A stretch of DNA of 64,000 nucleotides from an uncultured Actinomycetota bacterium (GTDB taxonomy: Bacteria > Actinomycetota > Actinomycetes > Propionibacteriales > Propionibacteriaceae). The first letter of the stretch is position 1; each line of letters opens with the position of its first letter. The DNA lies in the NCBI GenBank assembly GCA_963780005.1, contig CAWAAK010000028.1, positions 37,730 to 101,729 on the forward strand, in the 5' to 3' direction. The translations under genes and the position numbers were made by a program. Positions 19,563-28,697 of the stretch are shown one piece after another. The notes beneath the pieces are model-generated. The model was not told the origin of the DNA and did not search any database. It saw only the letters and a program-made list of their open reading frames with translations.

Positions 19563-20907
19563 TCAATCGAACACGTACGGGTTGGTGCGGGTTCCCGCCA
19601 TGACGTACCACGAGGTCGCCCCGACGTGCAGGTGCTGGTAATAGCCGAAGCTGAAGCCGGTGTTGAGCGGTGACGATGCGGCCACGATGCCGCCGGGAAT
19701 CGCCTTGCCGTTGTACGTCTGGCCCTGCCCCAGTTGGCTCTGGGCGGAGCTGATCGCGGCCATCAATTCGTCGGCCTTGTCGCGGTCGCCTCGCCCATCG
19801 CGGTCCCGCAGCGCGAGAGCAAGCTGAGCGGTGCCCTCGAACCAGACCGCTCCGGAGTCCGGGTTGCCGTGCCACTTGTCGATCGGCGTCTCGGTGTCCG
19901 CCTTGAGGGAGCCGCTGCCGAACGCGACGCCGGTGACCGTCGTAGTTGCCGGTCAGCTCCGAGTTGGTGCGCTGCGGAGTGTCGGTGACGGCGAGATTGG
20001 TCCGGGCCCAGTCCAGCGCCTCGGCGTATCGCGACTGCCGAGCGGCCAGCCAGCTCCAGGTCTGCACGTCGAGCGGGCGCTGGGTCGCCGACTTGTTGAT
20101 CGTGGCGCCGTCGTTGGACCCGGTCCAGAAGTAGCCGTCCTCGGCGTTCCACATCCGCTCCACGAAGTCCCATGCGTGTTGCGCCCGGGTGCGCCAGATC
20201 CGGTCACCGGTCAACTCGGCGATCATGAGGAAGAAGCGCGTAGACGTCGATGTTGTGCTCGGCCGACTTGAAGCCCGCCAGCCCTTCGGTCTCCCCGAAG
20301 TCGTAGCCGCCCAGCCCGGTCGTCGGTGCGGGTCTCTTTCTGAATCCACGTGGCGATCCGCAGCGCCCCGGTCAGGTAGCTGCTCTGCCGGGTGCGGCGA
20401 GCCAGCTGGGCCAGCGCGATGCCCGACCAGGACATGTCGCCGACCGCCGTGCCGACCAGCCCGTACTCCCAACCGAAGTGCGCCTTGCCTTCGGTGATGA
20501 AGTCGTTGGCGTGATAGGCCTGCCGCAGCCGGCCGTCGGTGTACTTCTCGTCGTGGGATCTGGGCGTAGAGCAGGGCGTCGCCGATGGCCCGGGCGCGGC
20601 TCACGTCCCCGCCAGCGAGCAGGGCGATGATCGTCAGCGCGTTGTCGTAGATGAAGCCGATGTCGGTTAGGCCGGACTCGTCGTAGTAGCTCTGCGCCAG
20701 CCGCGGGCCGGTGCTGCGGTACGCGTCGGTCACGCCCTGCAGGAATCGGACTGCGGACCGCACCGAGCCCGAGGACGCACCCCGTCGTGGTGTCGGCTGG
20801 GCGGCGGCGTCCGGCACTCCTAGGCCGGCCAGGCCCACCCCTAGTGCGGCGCCGCCGCCCAGCAGCAATCGCCGGCTCAGAGGGGCGGTCACGATCTCGT
20901 CGGACAT
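19563..20907 (-). pseudogene. Tat-signal secreted protein, possibly an (alpha/alpha)-toroid hydrolase-like fold, at least 5 frameshifts
   Basis: MSDEIVTAPLSRRLLLGGGAALGVGLAGLGVPDAAA (twin-arginine signal). Coding-like fragments occur in three frames: ...IYDNALTIIALLAGGD..., MSWSGIALAQLARRT..., FLMIAELTGDRIWRTRAQHAWDFVERMWNAEDGYFWTGSNDG..., ...GATSWYVMAGTRTNPYVFD*. The family assignment is tentative. Confidence 0.5.
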
Positions 20908-21030
20908 GTGGCTGACCTCTCTGTCGGCTGCTCGAGGAAGCTGTGGGAGCGCTCCCAAAGCACCGTAGGTGGGCCGATCTCCCGCTGTCAACGAATCCGA
21001 TCGGCTTTCGTCGCTGCGTCGCAGAGAATT

Positions 21031-21050
21031 TTGCAAAGAGATCTTTGCAA
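21031..21050. promoter_or_regulatory. 20-bp palindrome TTGCAAAGA-GA-TCTTTGCAA plus a third half-site; candidate ArsR-type operator
   Basis: 9-bp perfect arms read directly from the sequence. CTCTTTGC repeats again at 21055-21062. An AT-rich island sits 30 nt upstream of the regulator start at 21081. Confidence 0.6.
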
Positions 21051-21080
21051 AAAACTCTTTGCGGTCTACGTGTAGTCAGT

Positions 21081-21674
21081 GTGAGCTTCGAGCAGGAGTC
21101 CGTACGGCTGACCGCCGACAACCTGAAGGCCATGGCCCACCCCCTGCGGGTGCAGATCCTCGGGCTGCTGCGTACGCACGGCCCGGCCACCGCCACGGGA
21201 CTGGCCGCTCGGCTCGGTCTGACCAGCGGCGCGCTGTCCTACCACCTGCGGCAGCTCGAGCGCTTCGGTTTCATCACCGAGGACACCGCCCAGGGGAACC
21301 AACGGGATCGCTGGTGGCGGGCCGTCCACCGGTCGACCGAGTTCAGCAGTGCCGACCTCGATCCGGCCGTGGCCGAGGCCGGGGAAGCGTACGAGGAGAG
21401 CGTCATCGCCGCCATCACCCGCTCGCTGTCGGCGGCGCAAGCCGAGCGCCGCAGTTGGCCGATCGAGTGGCAGCGCGCCTACGACCTTTCCGACGTCCTG
21501 CTGCAGCTGACGCCGGACGAGGCCGAGCGGTTGGCTCGAGACCTGATCGGCGTGCTCAACCGGTACCGCCGGCACACCCCGGGGGACGAGGGGCCGCTCG
21601 GCAGCCGTACCGTCAGTGCGCGCTACCAGGTCCATCCGGTCGCCGGTCAGCCCGAGCCCGAGGACCAGCTTTGA
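21081..21674 (+). CDS. ArsR-family / winged-helix transcriptional regulator
   Basis: LKAMAHPLRVQILGLLRTHGPATATGLAARLGLTSGALSYHLRQLERFGFI. GTG at 21081 is in frame with track ORF 20943..21674. The stop overlaps the start of the following MFS gene. Confidence 0.75.
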   Translation: MSFEQESVRLTADNLKAMAHPLRVQILGLLRTHGPATATGLAARLGLTSGALSYHLRQLERFGFITEDTAQGNQRDRWWRAVHRSTEFSSADLDPAVAEAGEAYEESVIAAITRSLSAAQAERRSWPIEWQRAYDLSDVLLQLTPDEAERLARDLIGVLNRYRRHTPGDEGPLGSRTVSARYQVHPVAGQPEPEDQL

Positions 21675-22966
21675 AGGCCCCGGCCCGGCAGATCGTCGGT
21701 CTGCTGATCGGCGGTGCGGTGGCCGGGATCGGGTTGCGGGTCGCGGCGCTGGCCTTGCCCTGGTTCGTCCTGACCAGCACCGGGTCGGCCGCCCAGACCG
21801 GTCTGGTCGTGGCCTGCGAGTTCGGCCCCTACATCGCGGCGAAGGCACTGAGTGGTCCGGTCGTGGACCGCTGGGGGCAGCGCCGGGTGAGCATCGTGGC
21901 CGACCTCGGCAGCGCGCTCGCCTTCGGTGTGATTCCGGGGCTGTTTGCCCTGGGGGTGCTGCCCTTTCCGGTGTTGCTGATCATGGTCGCCCTCGGCGGC
22001 AGCCTGCGCGGCCCCGGCGACAACGCCAAGGACACCAGCGTCCCGTTGGTCGCAATCGGAGCCGCGGTGCCCCTGGAACGCGTGACCGGGCTGTACGCCG
22101 CCATCGACCGGGGCTCAGGACTGATCGGTCCTGGTCTGGCGGCGGTCTTGATCACCGTGATCGGGGCGGCCGGCAGCATCATGATCACCGCGGCCTGCTT
22201 CGCCGGATGCGCCCTCGTCTGGTGGTTGATCATGCCGGCCGATCTGGACCGAGCCGATGCCGCTCCCTCCGAGAGCGGCTACCTGGCTCAACTGCGCGAA
22301 GGATGGCGATTCCTGATCAAGGACCGACTGCTGATCACCGTCACGTTGATGATCGCGGTCACGAACCTGCTCGACATCGCCAAGTCCTCGGTCTTCTTGC
22401 CGGTGTGGGCGGTCGCCAACGGTCACGGCGTGGCGACCGTCGGACTGCTGCTCACCTGCTTCGCGGTGACCGCGATGATCAGCTCGCTGGTCGCATCGGC
22501 CGTCGGGAGCCGGCTGCCCCGGCGGGTCACCTACTTCGTGGCCTTCGCCGTCGCCGGTCCGCCGCCGTTCCTGGTGCTGGGCCTCGACCTCCCGCTGTGG
22601 GCGATCGCGGTGGTGTTCGGGATCTCCGGCTTCGCGGCCGGGTTCCTCAATCCGATGCTGGGGGCGATCTTCTTCGAACGGATCCCCCAGCCGTTGCTCG
22701 GCCGGGTCGGCGGACTCGCCGACGGTGTCTGCTGGGCCGGGGTGCCCTTCGGCGGGCTGGTGGCGGCCGGGTTGATCGCCCTGACCGGCCTGACGCCGGG
22801 GTTGATCATCGCCGCCGGCCTGTACGCCGCCGCCACCCTGTTGCCGGCGCTGGCCAGCCGGGCCTCCTTCGACCCACCGCCGAGCGGGCCGGCCGCAGCT
22901 GCGGCTGCGGACGAAGCCCAGGATCAAACCGCACCTCAAGCCGTAGCTCAGCGTGCGGGCGTCTGA
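21671..22966 (+). CDS. MFS transporter
   Basis: About 430 aa of TM-rich sequence in the frame of track ORF 20969..22966. The TTG at 21671 overlaps the ArsR stop. Usual 12-TM-like hydrophobic periodicity. Confidence 0.75.
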   Translation: MKAPARQIVGLLIGGAVAGIGLRVAALALPWFVLTSTGSAAQTGLVVACEFGPYIAAKALSGPVVDRWGQRRVSIVADLGSALAFGVIPGLFALGVLPFPVLLIMVALGGSLRGPGDNAKDTSVPLVAIGAAVPLERVTGLYAAIDRGSGLIGPGLAAVLITVIGAAGSIMITAACFAGCALVWWLIMPADLDRADAAPSESGYLAQLREGWRFLIKDRLLITVTLMIAVTNLLDIAKSSVFLPVWAVANGHGVATVGLLLTCFAVTAMISSLVASAVGSRLPRRVTYFVAFAVAGPPPFLVLGLDLPLWAIAVVFGISGFAAGFLNPMLGAIFFERIPQPLLGRVGGLADGVCWAGVPFGGLVAAGLIALTGLTPGLIIAAGLYAAATLLPALASRASFDPPPSGPAAAAAADEAQDQTAPQAVAQRAGV

Positions 22967-23703
22967 TCCGCCAACCAGGCCTCGAAGCCCCGGCCGCCGA
23001 TTCGGGCGTCGGGTCCGGGCAGGTTGGCCCCGGCGGCGAAGTCCCGCAGCGTCGGACCCCAGGCGGGCAGGGGCAGGATCCGCGGCACCGGCCGGTCGGC
23101 GTGCCGGGCCGTCAGGGCGATCGCGTCAGCCAGGCTGAGGACGTCCGGCCCGGCCAGATCGGGAACCCGGACGAAGCCCTCAGGCGCCGGACCCAGAGCC
23201 AACTCGGTGAGCCGGGCCGCGACCAACGCCGTCTCGACGGACTGCGAGCGAACCGGCGGCGCGAGCGCGACCGGGCCCATGGTGAACGTGCGGGCAAGCG
23301 TGGAAATCAAGGAGTGGAACTGGGTGGCGCGCAGCACCGTCACTCCGAACCCGCTCCGCTCCAGCGCGATCTCGGTCGCGTACTTGGCCCGGTAGTACGG
23401 GTAGCGCAGTCGATCGACGCCGACGATCGAGATGTAGACGAGGTGCGGCCGCCGGCCCAGCTCGTTCAGCACGTCGATCATCCGCCGGCTGCCCTGGAGG
23501 TCGACCTCGCGCGCCCGCGTCGGGTGGGATGCGCAGTGCACGATCACGTCGGCGTCGAGCAGGACACTGCGGAGCCGGACGCCCGTGCGGAGATCGACCC
23601 CGGTCCGCCGGCTGGCCGGTAGGGCCGATTGATCCCGCTCCGCCAGCGCGGCGATGACGGCCCGTCCCAACTCGCCGGATCCCCCGGTCACCACGATCGA
23701 CAT
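22948..23703 (-). CDS. NAD(P)H-binding NmrA/SDR-like protein
   Basis: MSIVVTGGSGELGRAVIAAL is a Rossmann GxxGxxG motif. 251 aa, intact. Confidence 0.7.
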   Translation of the reverse strand: MSIVVTGGSGELGRAVIAALAERDQSALPASRRTGVDLRTGVRLRSVLLDADVIVHCASHPTRAREVDLQGSRRMIDVLNELGRRPHLVYISIVGVDRLRYPYYRAKYATEIALERSGFGVTVLRATQFHSLISTLARTFTMGPVALAPPVRSQSVETALVAARLTELALGPAPEGFVRVPDLAGPDVLSLADAIALTARHADRPVPRILPLPAWGPTLRDFAAGANLPGPDARIGGRGFEAWLADQTPAR

Positions 23704-23794
23704 GGCGGCCAAGATAGCGGCCGTATCTCTGTGGGGCCTGATGGCTCAATAATGCAGAACACAGAGCACGTGCCGATCCGACGGGGAGGTCGCC

Positions 23795-26446
23795 ATGGCC
23801 GTTGCGAGTCGGGGGGCGGCGCTCAGCGCCCTGCGGTCCTTGATCAATCACGATCCGGTGCCGGCCAGTACGCTGCTCCAGCGCCCGTACCTGCCCGAAG
23901 GGATCGACCCGGTGGCCGACTCCGTCCGGCTCGCCCCCGAGTCACTGATCGGTGGCTACGGCAATGAGGCTCGCTACCTGCTGCCGGCGGAGGACGAGGC
24001 GACCCGGGTCGCCGTCGCGGGGCCTCCCGTCCATGTGCTCGCGGACCGGCCGTCCATCGACAGCCGGATGGTCCGCACCTACGTCTCCTCCAGCATCGAC
24101 CTGACCATGCAGGGCGGCACGACCTCGGGTGTCGTCTATCCGCTGGCCGTCTGCGATCTGGCCACGGCGTTCCGATTCCGCAACGTGGGTGGGGCCTCCG
24201 CCGGGGCCATCGCGGCCGCGCTGACCGCGGCCGCCGAGTTGGGTCGAAGCGAGCGCGTCCGGCACCCCGAGGCGACGCCGACCCCGGAAGCGACGACAGA
24301 TCCCGATCCAGTCGCCGACCCCGCCGTTGGACAACCGGCGGCGAGTCCGGCCACCACCGTCCGCCGGGGTTTCGTCGGACTGACCGACATCATCGGCTGG
24401 CTGACCCAGATCCGACCGGGCGATCCGGAGCGGGACGAGTTCCGGCTCGCCCAGCTGTTCCGCGCACCCGACGGCACCCGCGACATCTTCCGCATCCTGG
24501 TCGCCGCCATGCGGCAACGGACCTGGTCGCTGCCGTTGATCATGCTGTCCGCCTTCGGCTGGCCGACCCGGATCGCCGCCGCCGTGATCATCGCCGCCAC
24601 CGTGGTCGGCACCGGCTGGGTCTGCTCCCGCTTCGTGGGCCGGGAGTTCTCCGGGCTGGGCCTGGTCGGTTGGGGGCTGCTCGGTTATCTGAGCTTCCTG
24701 GCCACCGTGATCGGCGCGGTGTTGTTGGTCCAAGGGCTGCTGGTACTCGTGCACGATCGGCGGACGTTCGTCCCGGCCCCGGACTGGGTCCTCCGCCTCC
24801 GCAACGCCAGCAGCCGCTTCGTCCCCTCGCCGACCCGACCGAACCTGCTGCTGGCGCCCGGGTTCCTGCTGCCGGTGCTGGGTCTGACGGTCGTCTGGCA
24901 GCAGCCCGCCCCGTACTGGGCCGGTTGGCTGGTCGGGCTGGCGGGCACGCTGACCCTGATCGCCGTCCTGCTCGGCTCCGCCCTGCGGATGGTGGGCCGG
25001 TTCCGCGACGTCTCGTACGGGCTGCTGGCCGGCGACACGCCCCATCGCTCGCGTGACCTGCTGGACGTCCTGGCCGGAGCGCCCCGGGCCACGGTCGGGC
25101 CGTCGGTGGTCCCGTGGCTGGCGGCGAGTCTGAATCAGCTCGCCGGACTGTCGCCCCAGGTCGTGATGCGGTTCGGCCATCTCTGGTCCGGTCTGGACTA
25201 CGCCGCACCCGGAGCCGGTGGCGACGGGGCGACGCTGGCCGGGCTCCGCGCGACGTCCGAGGACCCCGATCGCCGGCTGGTCAACCTGGAGCTGATGACG
25301 ACCGACATCACCCGGCAGCGACCGTACCGGTTCCCGTTGCCGGCGGTCGGCGTCGACGATCCCGAGCGGCTCTGGCTGTGCCTGGACGAACTGCGGGACG
25401 CCTCCGGGTCCGGCCCGTTCGGCGAGGACGTGTTGGCCGTGCTGGGCGAGGGAAAGTCCCGGCGGGTCGCCGACGTGACCGGCACGGTGCGCACCCTGCA
25501 CCCGCTGCCCGACCCGTGGGACCTCCCGGTCGTCTTCGCGGTGCGGATCAGCATGGCCCTGCCGGGGTTGTTCCAGGCGATCCGGATGTACCGGATCCTG
25601 CCCGCCACCCCCGTGCACGACGACTTCGGACGTCAGCTCCGCGGCAAGGGGCTGCCCACCGCTGGCGAAGGCCCCGAGGTAGGAGGGGAGCCGGCGACGG
25701 AGGTGGCGGAGGAACTCTGGTTCTCCGACGGAGGCATCACCTCGAACTTCCCGGTGCACTTCTTCGACGCGTCGCTGCCCCGGTGGCCGACCGTCTCCCT
25801 CAACCTCGGCAAGCACCCCGACACCTCGCCACACCAGGACGTCTCGCTCCCGCAGGACTGGGACGCCGATGCCGCGGTCAGCAAGTCGCTGACCCGCTCC
25901 GGGTTCTCCCTCGTCGCCGGGATGTTCTTCACAGCCATGTCCTGGCGGGACACCATGCAGTCGGCCATGCCCGGCTACCGGAACCGGATCGCCCAGGTTC
26001 GGACCCGGCCCAACGAGGGCGGGGCCAACCTGTTCATGGCCCGCGAACTGATCAGCTCGATGGCCCTGCGGGGTGCCTTGGCGGGGGCGCGGTTGCGGAG
26101 CCGCTTCGCCGACGAGTCCCAGTGGAACCGGTTCCGCTGGCTGCGCCTGCGGGTGGCGGTGGGGAACCTCGAGCGGCTGCGGGCCCTGACCGGCGAGCGC
26201 CGCGGATTCTACGCCGATGCCTTCAGCGGGCCGGCCTGGCTGGTCGACCAGGAGCAGCGGTTCACCGAGCATCCGGCCGGCGGCAGTGTGCCCTGGCATG
26301 AGCCGGCCGAGGGCTTCTGGCCGAAGGCGCCGCGGATGCTGAACACCTTCGTGGATGGTCACCGGCCGACGGGGGCCGAGCCGAACGTCATGACCACCTG
26401 CGTCCCCGGCCCGGAACCGGTGTTGCGCCAGGTTCCGCGGGAGTAG
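23795..26446 (+). CDS. patatin-like phospholipase with a large multi-TM insertion (883 aa)
   Basis: Oxyanion motif MQGGTTSGVVYP, nucleophile elbow GGASAGA (GxSxG), and the catalytic Asp motif FSDGGITSNFP about 470 residues later. Between them are at least 4 hydrophobic helices (IAAAVIIAATVVGTGWV, GLVGWGLLGYLSFLATVIGAVLLVQGLLVLV, LLLAPGFLLPVLGLTVV, WAGWLVGLAGTLTLIAVLLGSAL). Confidence 0.8.
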   Translation: MAVASRGAALSALRSLINHDPVPASTLLQRPYLPEGIDPVADSVRLAPESLIGGYGNEARYLLPAEDEATRVAVAGPPVHVLADRPSIDSRMVRTYVSSSIDLTMQGGTTSGVVYPLAVCDLATAFRFRNVGGASAGAIAAALTAAAELGRSERVRHPEATPTPEATTDPDPVADPAVGQPAASPATTVRRGFVGLTDIIGWLTQIRPGDPERDEFRLAQLFRAPDGTRDIFRILVAAMRQRTWSLPLIMLSAFGWPTRIAAAVIIAATVVGTGWVCSRFVGREFSGLGLVGWGLLGYLSFLATVIGAVLLVQGLLVLVHDRRTFVPAPDWVLRLRNASSRFVPSPTRPNLLLAPGFLLPVLGLTVVWQQPAPYWAGWLVGLAGTLTLIAVLLGSALRMVGRFRDVSYGLLAGDTPHRSRDLLDVLAGAPRATVGPSVVPWLAASLNQLAGLSPQVVMRFGHLWSGLDYAAPGAGGDGATLAGLRATSEDPDRRLVNLELMTTDITRQRPYRFPLPAVGVDDPERLWLCLDELRDASGSGPFGEDVLAVLGEGKSRRVADVTGTVRTLHPLPDPWDLPVVFAVRISMALPGLFQAIRMYRILPATPVHDDFGRQLRGKGLPTAGEGPEVGGEPATEVAEELWFSDGGITSNFPVHFFDASLPRWPTVSLNLGKHPDTSPHQDVSLPQDWDADAAVSKSLTRSGFSLVAGMFFTAMSWRDTMQSAMPGYRNRIAQVRTRPNEGGANLFMARELISSMALRGALAGARLRSRFADESQWNRFRWLRLRVAVGNLERLRALTGERRGFYADAFSGPAWLVDQEQRFTEHPAGGSVPWHEPAEGFWPKAPRMLNTFVDGHRPTGAEPNVMTTCVPGPEPVLRQVPRE

Positions 26447-26473
26447 CCCGATGCATCCGCTCGCTCGTCTCCC

Positions 26474-27029
26474 GTGAGCCCGTTGGCCTGGCCCGACCCG
26501 CTGCCGGCGGAGGGCGCCGATCCGGCTCCGGCCGTACCGGGAGTCCGATCTGCGGTTGGTGGCCGAACTGGCCGCGGATCCGTACCTGCCACTGATCGGC
26601 ACCATCCCGGCCGAGTACAGCGACGAGGCGGGGCGGGCCTATCTCGAGCGGCAACACCAGCGGCTGCACGACGAGGCCGGCTTCTCCTTCGCCGTCGCGC
26701 GCCGGATCGACGATGTGGCCGTCGGAGGCGCGGGACTGTGGCTGGCTCGCGCTGGCGCCGTGCCCGGGACCGCTTCGGCGGGTTACGCCATCGCGCCGCC
26801 GTACCGGAACGCCGGCTACGCCACCGCCGCCCTGGTGGCCCTCACGAGATTCGCCTGGACGCGACCGGACCTGGACCGGGTCGACCTGTACGTCGAGCCG
26901 GACAACGCGGCCTCAATCGCCGTCGCCGAGCACGCCGGCTATCTCCGGCTGGGTCTGCTGCCCGGCCACGACGAGATCGGCGGGCGCCGCCGGGACATGC
27001 TCCACTACCGCGCCTTTCGCCCGCGCTGA
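26474..27029 (+). pseudogene. GNAT-family N-acetyltransferase (RimJ-like), N-terminal frameshift or internal start
   Basis: IRLRPYRESDLRLVAELAADPYLPLI...YAIAPPYRNAGYATAALVAL...NAASIAVAEHAGY. The conserved IRLRPY lies upstream of the first in-frame start (26553/26556). It connects to the GTG at 26474 only through a 1-nt shift near 26515. Confidence 0.65.
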
Positions 27030-27071
27030 ATCCGCAGCAGCCTCGTCAGTGGTCGATGACAGGATGAACTG

Positions 27072-27848
27072 GTGCGGATCGCGACCTGGAACGTCAACTC
27101 GATCGGCGCGCGACTGCCCAGGCTGCTGGACTGGCTGGCCACGGCCGAGCCGGACGTCGTCGCCGTCCAGGAGACCAAGGCCGGCGAGGCGAGCTTCCCG
27201 TACGAGCCGTTGCGAGCCGCGGGTTACGAGGCGCTGCACGTGGGTGACGGCCGCTGGAACGGGGTGGCCGTGGTCTCCCGGATCGGCGTGGAGCCGGTCG
27301 CGACCAGCCTGCCCGGGCACAGCGAGTCGCGGTACGTCAGCGCCCAGTGCGGACCGCTGCGGGTGACCAGCATCTACGTGCCGAACGGGCGTGAGTTGGG
27401 GCACGAGCAGTACGACTACAAGCTGCGCTGGTTCGCGTCACTGGCCGAGGTCGTCCGGGACAGCCTGGGCGGCGGGCCGCAGGTGATCATGGGTGACTTC
27501 AACGTCGCCCTGCACGACGAGGACGTCTGGGACATCGAGGCGTTCGCCGGGTCAACCCACGTCACCGCGGAGGAACGTGCCGCCGTCCAGGACCTGATCG
27601 ACGCGGGGTTCGCCGACATACAGGCTCGACCCGGCAAGGGCGATCATCCCTTCACCTACTGGGACTATCGGGCCGGGATGTTCCACAAGGACCTCGGCAT
27701 GAGGATCGACTACATCCTGGCCAGCGCCGGCGTGTCCGTCCTCGACGCCTATGTCGATCGGGAAGCCCGCAAGGGCAAGTTGCCGTCCGACCACGCGCCG
27801 GTGATCGCCGATATCGAGGTACGGAGCAAGGTCGCCGGCGAGACCTGA
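27072..27848 (+). CDS. xthA: exodeoxyribonuclease III
   Basis: MRIATWNVNSIGARLPRLLDWL...VVAVQETK...GDFNVA...FTYWDYR...RIDYIL...SDHAPV. Confidence 0.9.
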   Translation: MRIATWNVNSIGARLPRLLDWLATAEPDVVAVQETKAGEASFPYEPLRAAGYEALHVGDGRWNGVAVVSRIGVEPVATSLPGHSESRYVSAQCGPLRVTSIYVPNGRELGHEQYDYKLRWFASLAEVVRDSLGGGPQVIMGDFNVALHDEDVWDIEAFAGSTHVTAEERAAVQDLIDAGFADIQARPGKGDHPFTYWDYRAGMFHKDLGMRIDYILASAGVSVLDAYVDREARKGKLPSDHAPVIADIEVRSKVAGET

Positions 27849-27922
27849 GCGACGGGCGCCGGCTGAGGCGTCGAGACCCCGCCCTGTGCGCCGCGGTTGC
27901 CCGACGGGGCAGAATCGCCGAT

Positions 27923-28690
27923 GTGATCGAGTACCGCACGCCCATTGAGATCGACGAGATGCGCCCCGCCGGCCGCTTCGTATCCGTTGTGCTGGACGCC
28001 CTGGTCGAGCGGGCGGCGATCGGGGTGAACCTGCTGGAACTCGACGAACTGGCCCACCAGATGATCCGCGAACGCGGCGCCACCTCCTGCTACATCGACT
28101 ACCACCCGTCGTTCGGAGCCAGCCCGTTCGGCAAGGTGTTGTGCACCTCCGTCAACGACGCGGTGCTGCACGGTCTGCCGCACGACTACGCGCTGGTCGA
28201 CGGTGATCTGGTGAGTTTCGACTTCGCCTGTTCGGTCGACGGCTGGGTGTGCGACGCCGCGAGGTCGGTGGTCGTCGGCACGCCGCGGGCCGAAGACCTG
28301 CAACTGATCCAGACCTCAGAGACGGCTCTGGCGGCCGGGATCGAGGCGGCTCAGCCCGGCAACAAGATCGGCGACATCTCCTTCGCCATCGCCCGGGTGG
28401 CCGGCCAGGCGGGCTACAAGATCAACACTGATTTCGGCGGCCACGGCGTGGGGCGGACCATGCACGGCGATCCGCACATCCCCAACAACGGCCGGCGTGG
28501 TCGCGGACTGCCCCTGCGGCCGGGACTGGTGATCGCCATCGAGCCGTGGTTCCTGCACAGCACCGACAAGATCTACACCGACCCCGACGGGTGGACCCTG
28601 CGCAGCCGGGACGGTTCCCGCGGCGCCCACTCCGAACACACGGTGGCGATCACCGAGGCGGGTCCCGTCATCCTCACCGCTCGCTCCTGA
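27923..28690 (+). CDS. map: type I methionyl aminopeptidase
   Basis: VNDAVLHGLP...DGDLVSFDF...DAA...GHGVGRTMHG...IAIEP...SEHTV are the metal-ligand motifs. Confidence 0.9.
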   Translation: MIEYRTPIEIDEMRPAGRFVSVVLDALVERAAIGVNLLELDELAHQMIRERGATSCYIDYHPSFGASPFGKVLCTSVNDAVLHGLPHDYALVDGDLVSFDFACSVDGWVCDAARSVVVGTPRAEDLQLIQTSETALAAGIEAAQPGNKIGDISFAIARVAGQAGYKINTDFGGHGVGRTMHGDPHIPNNGRRGRGLPLRPGLVIAIEPWFLHSTDKIYTDPDGWTLRSRDGSRGAHSEHTVAITEAGPVILTARS

Positions 28691-28697
28691 GGACGGT

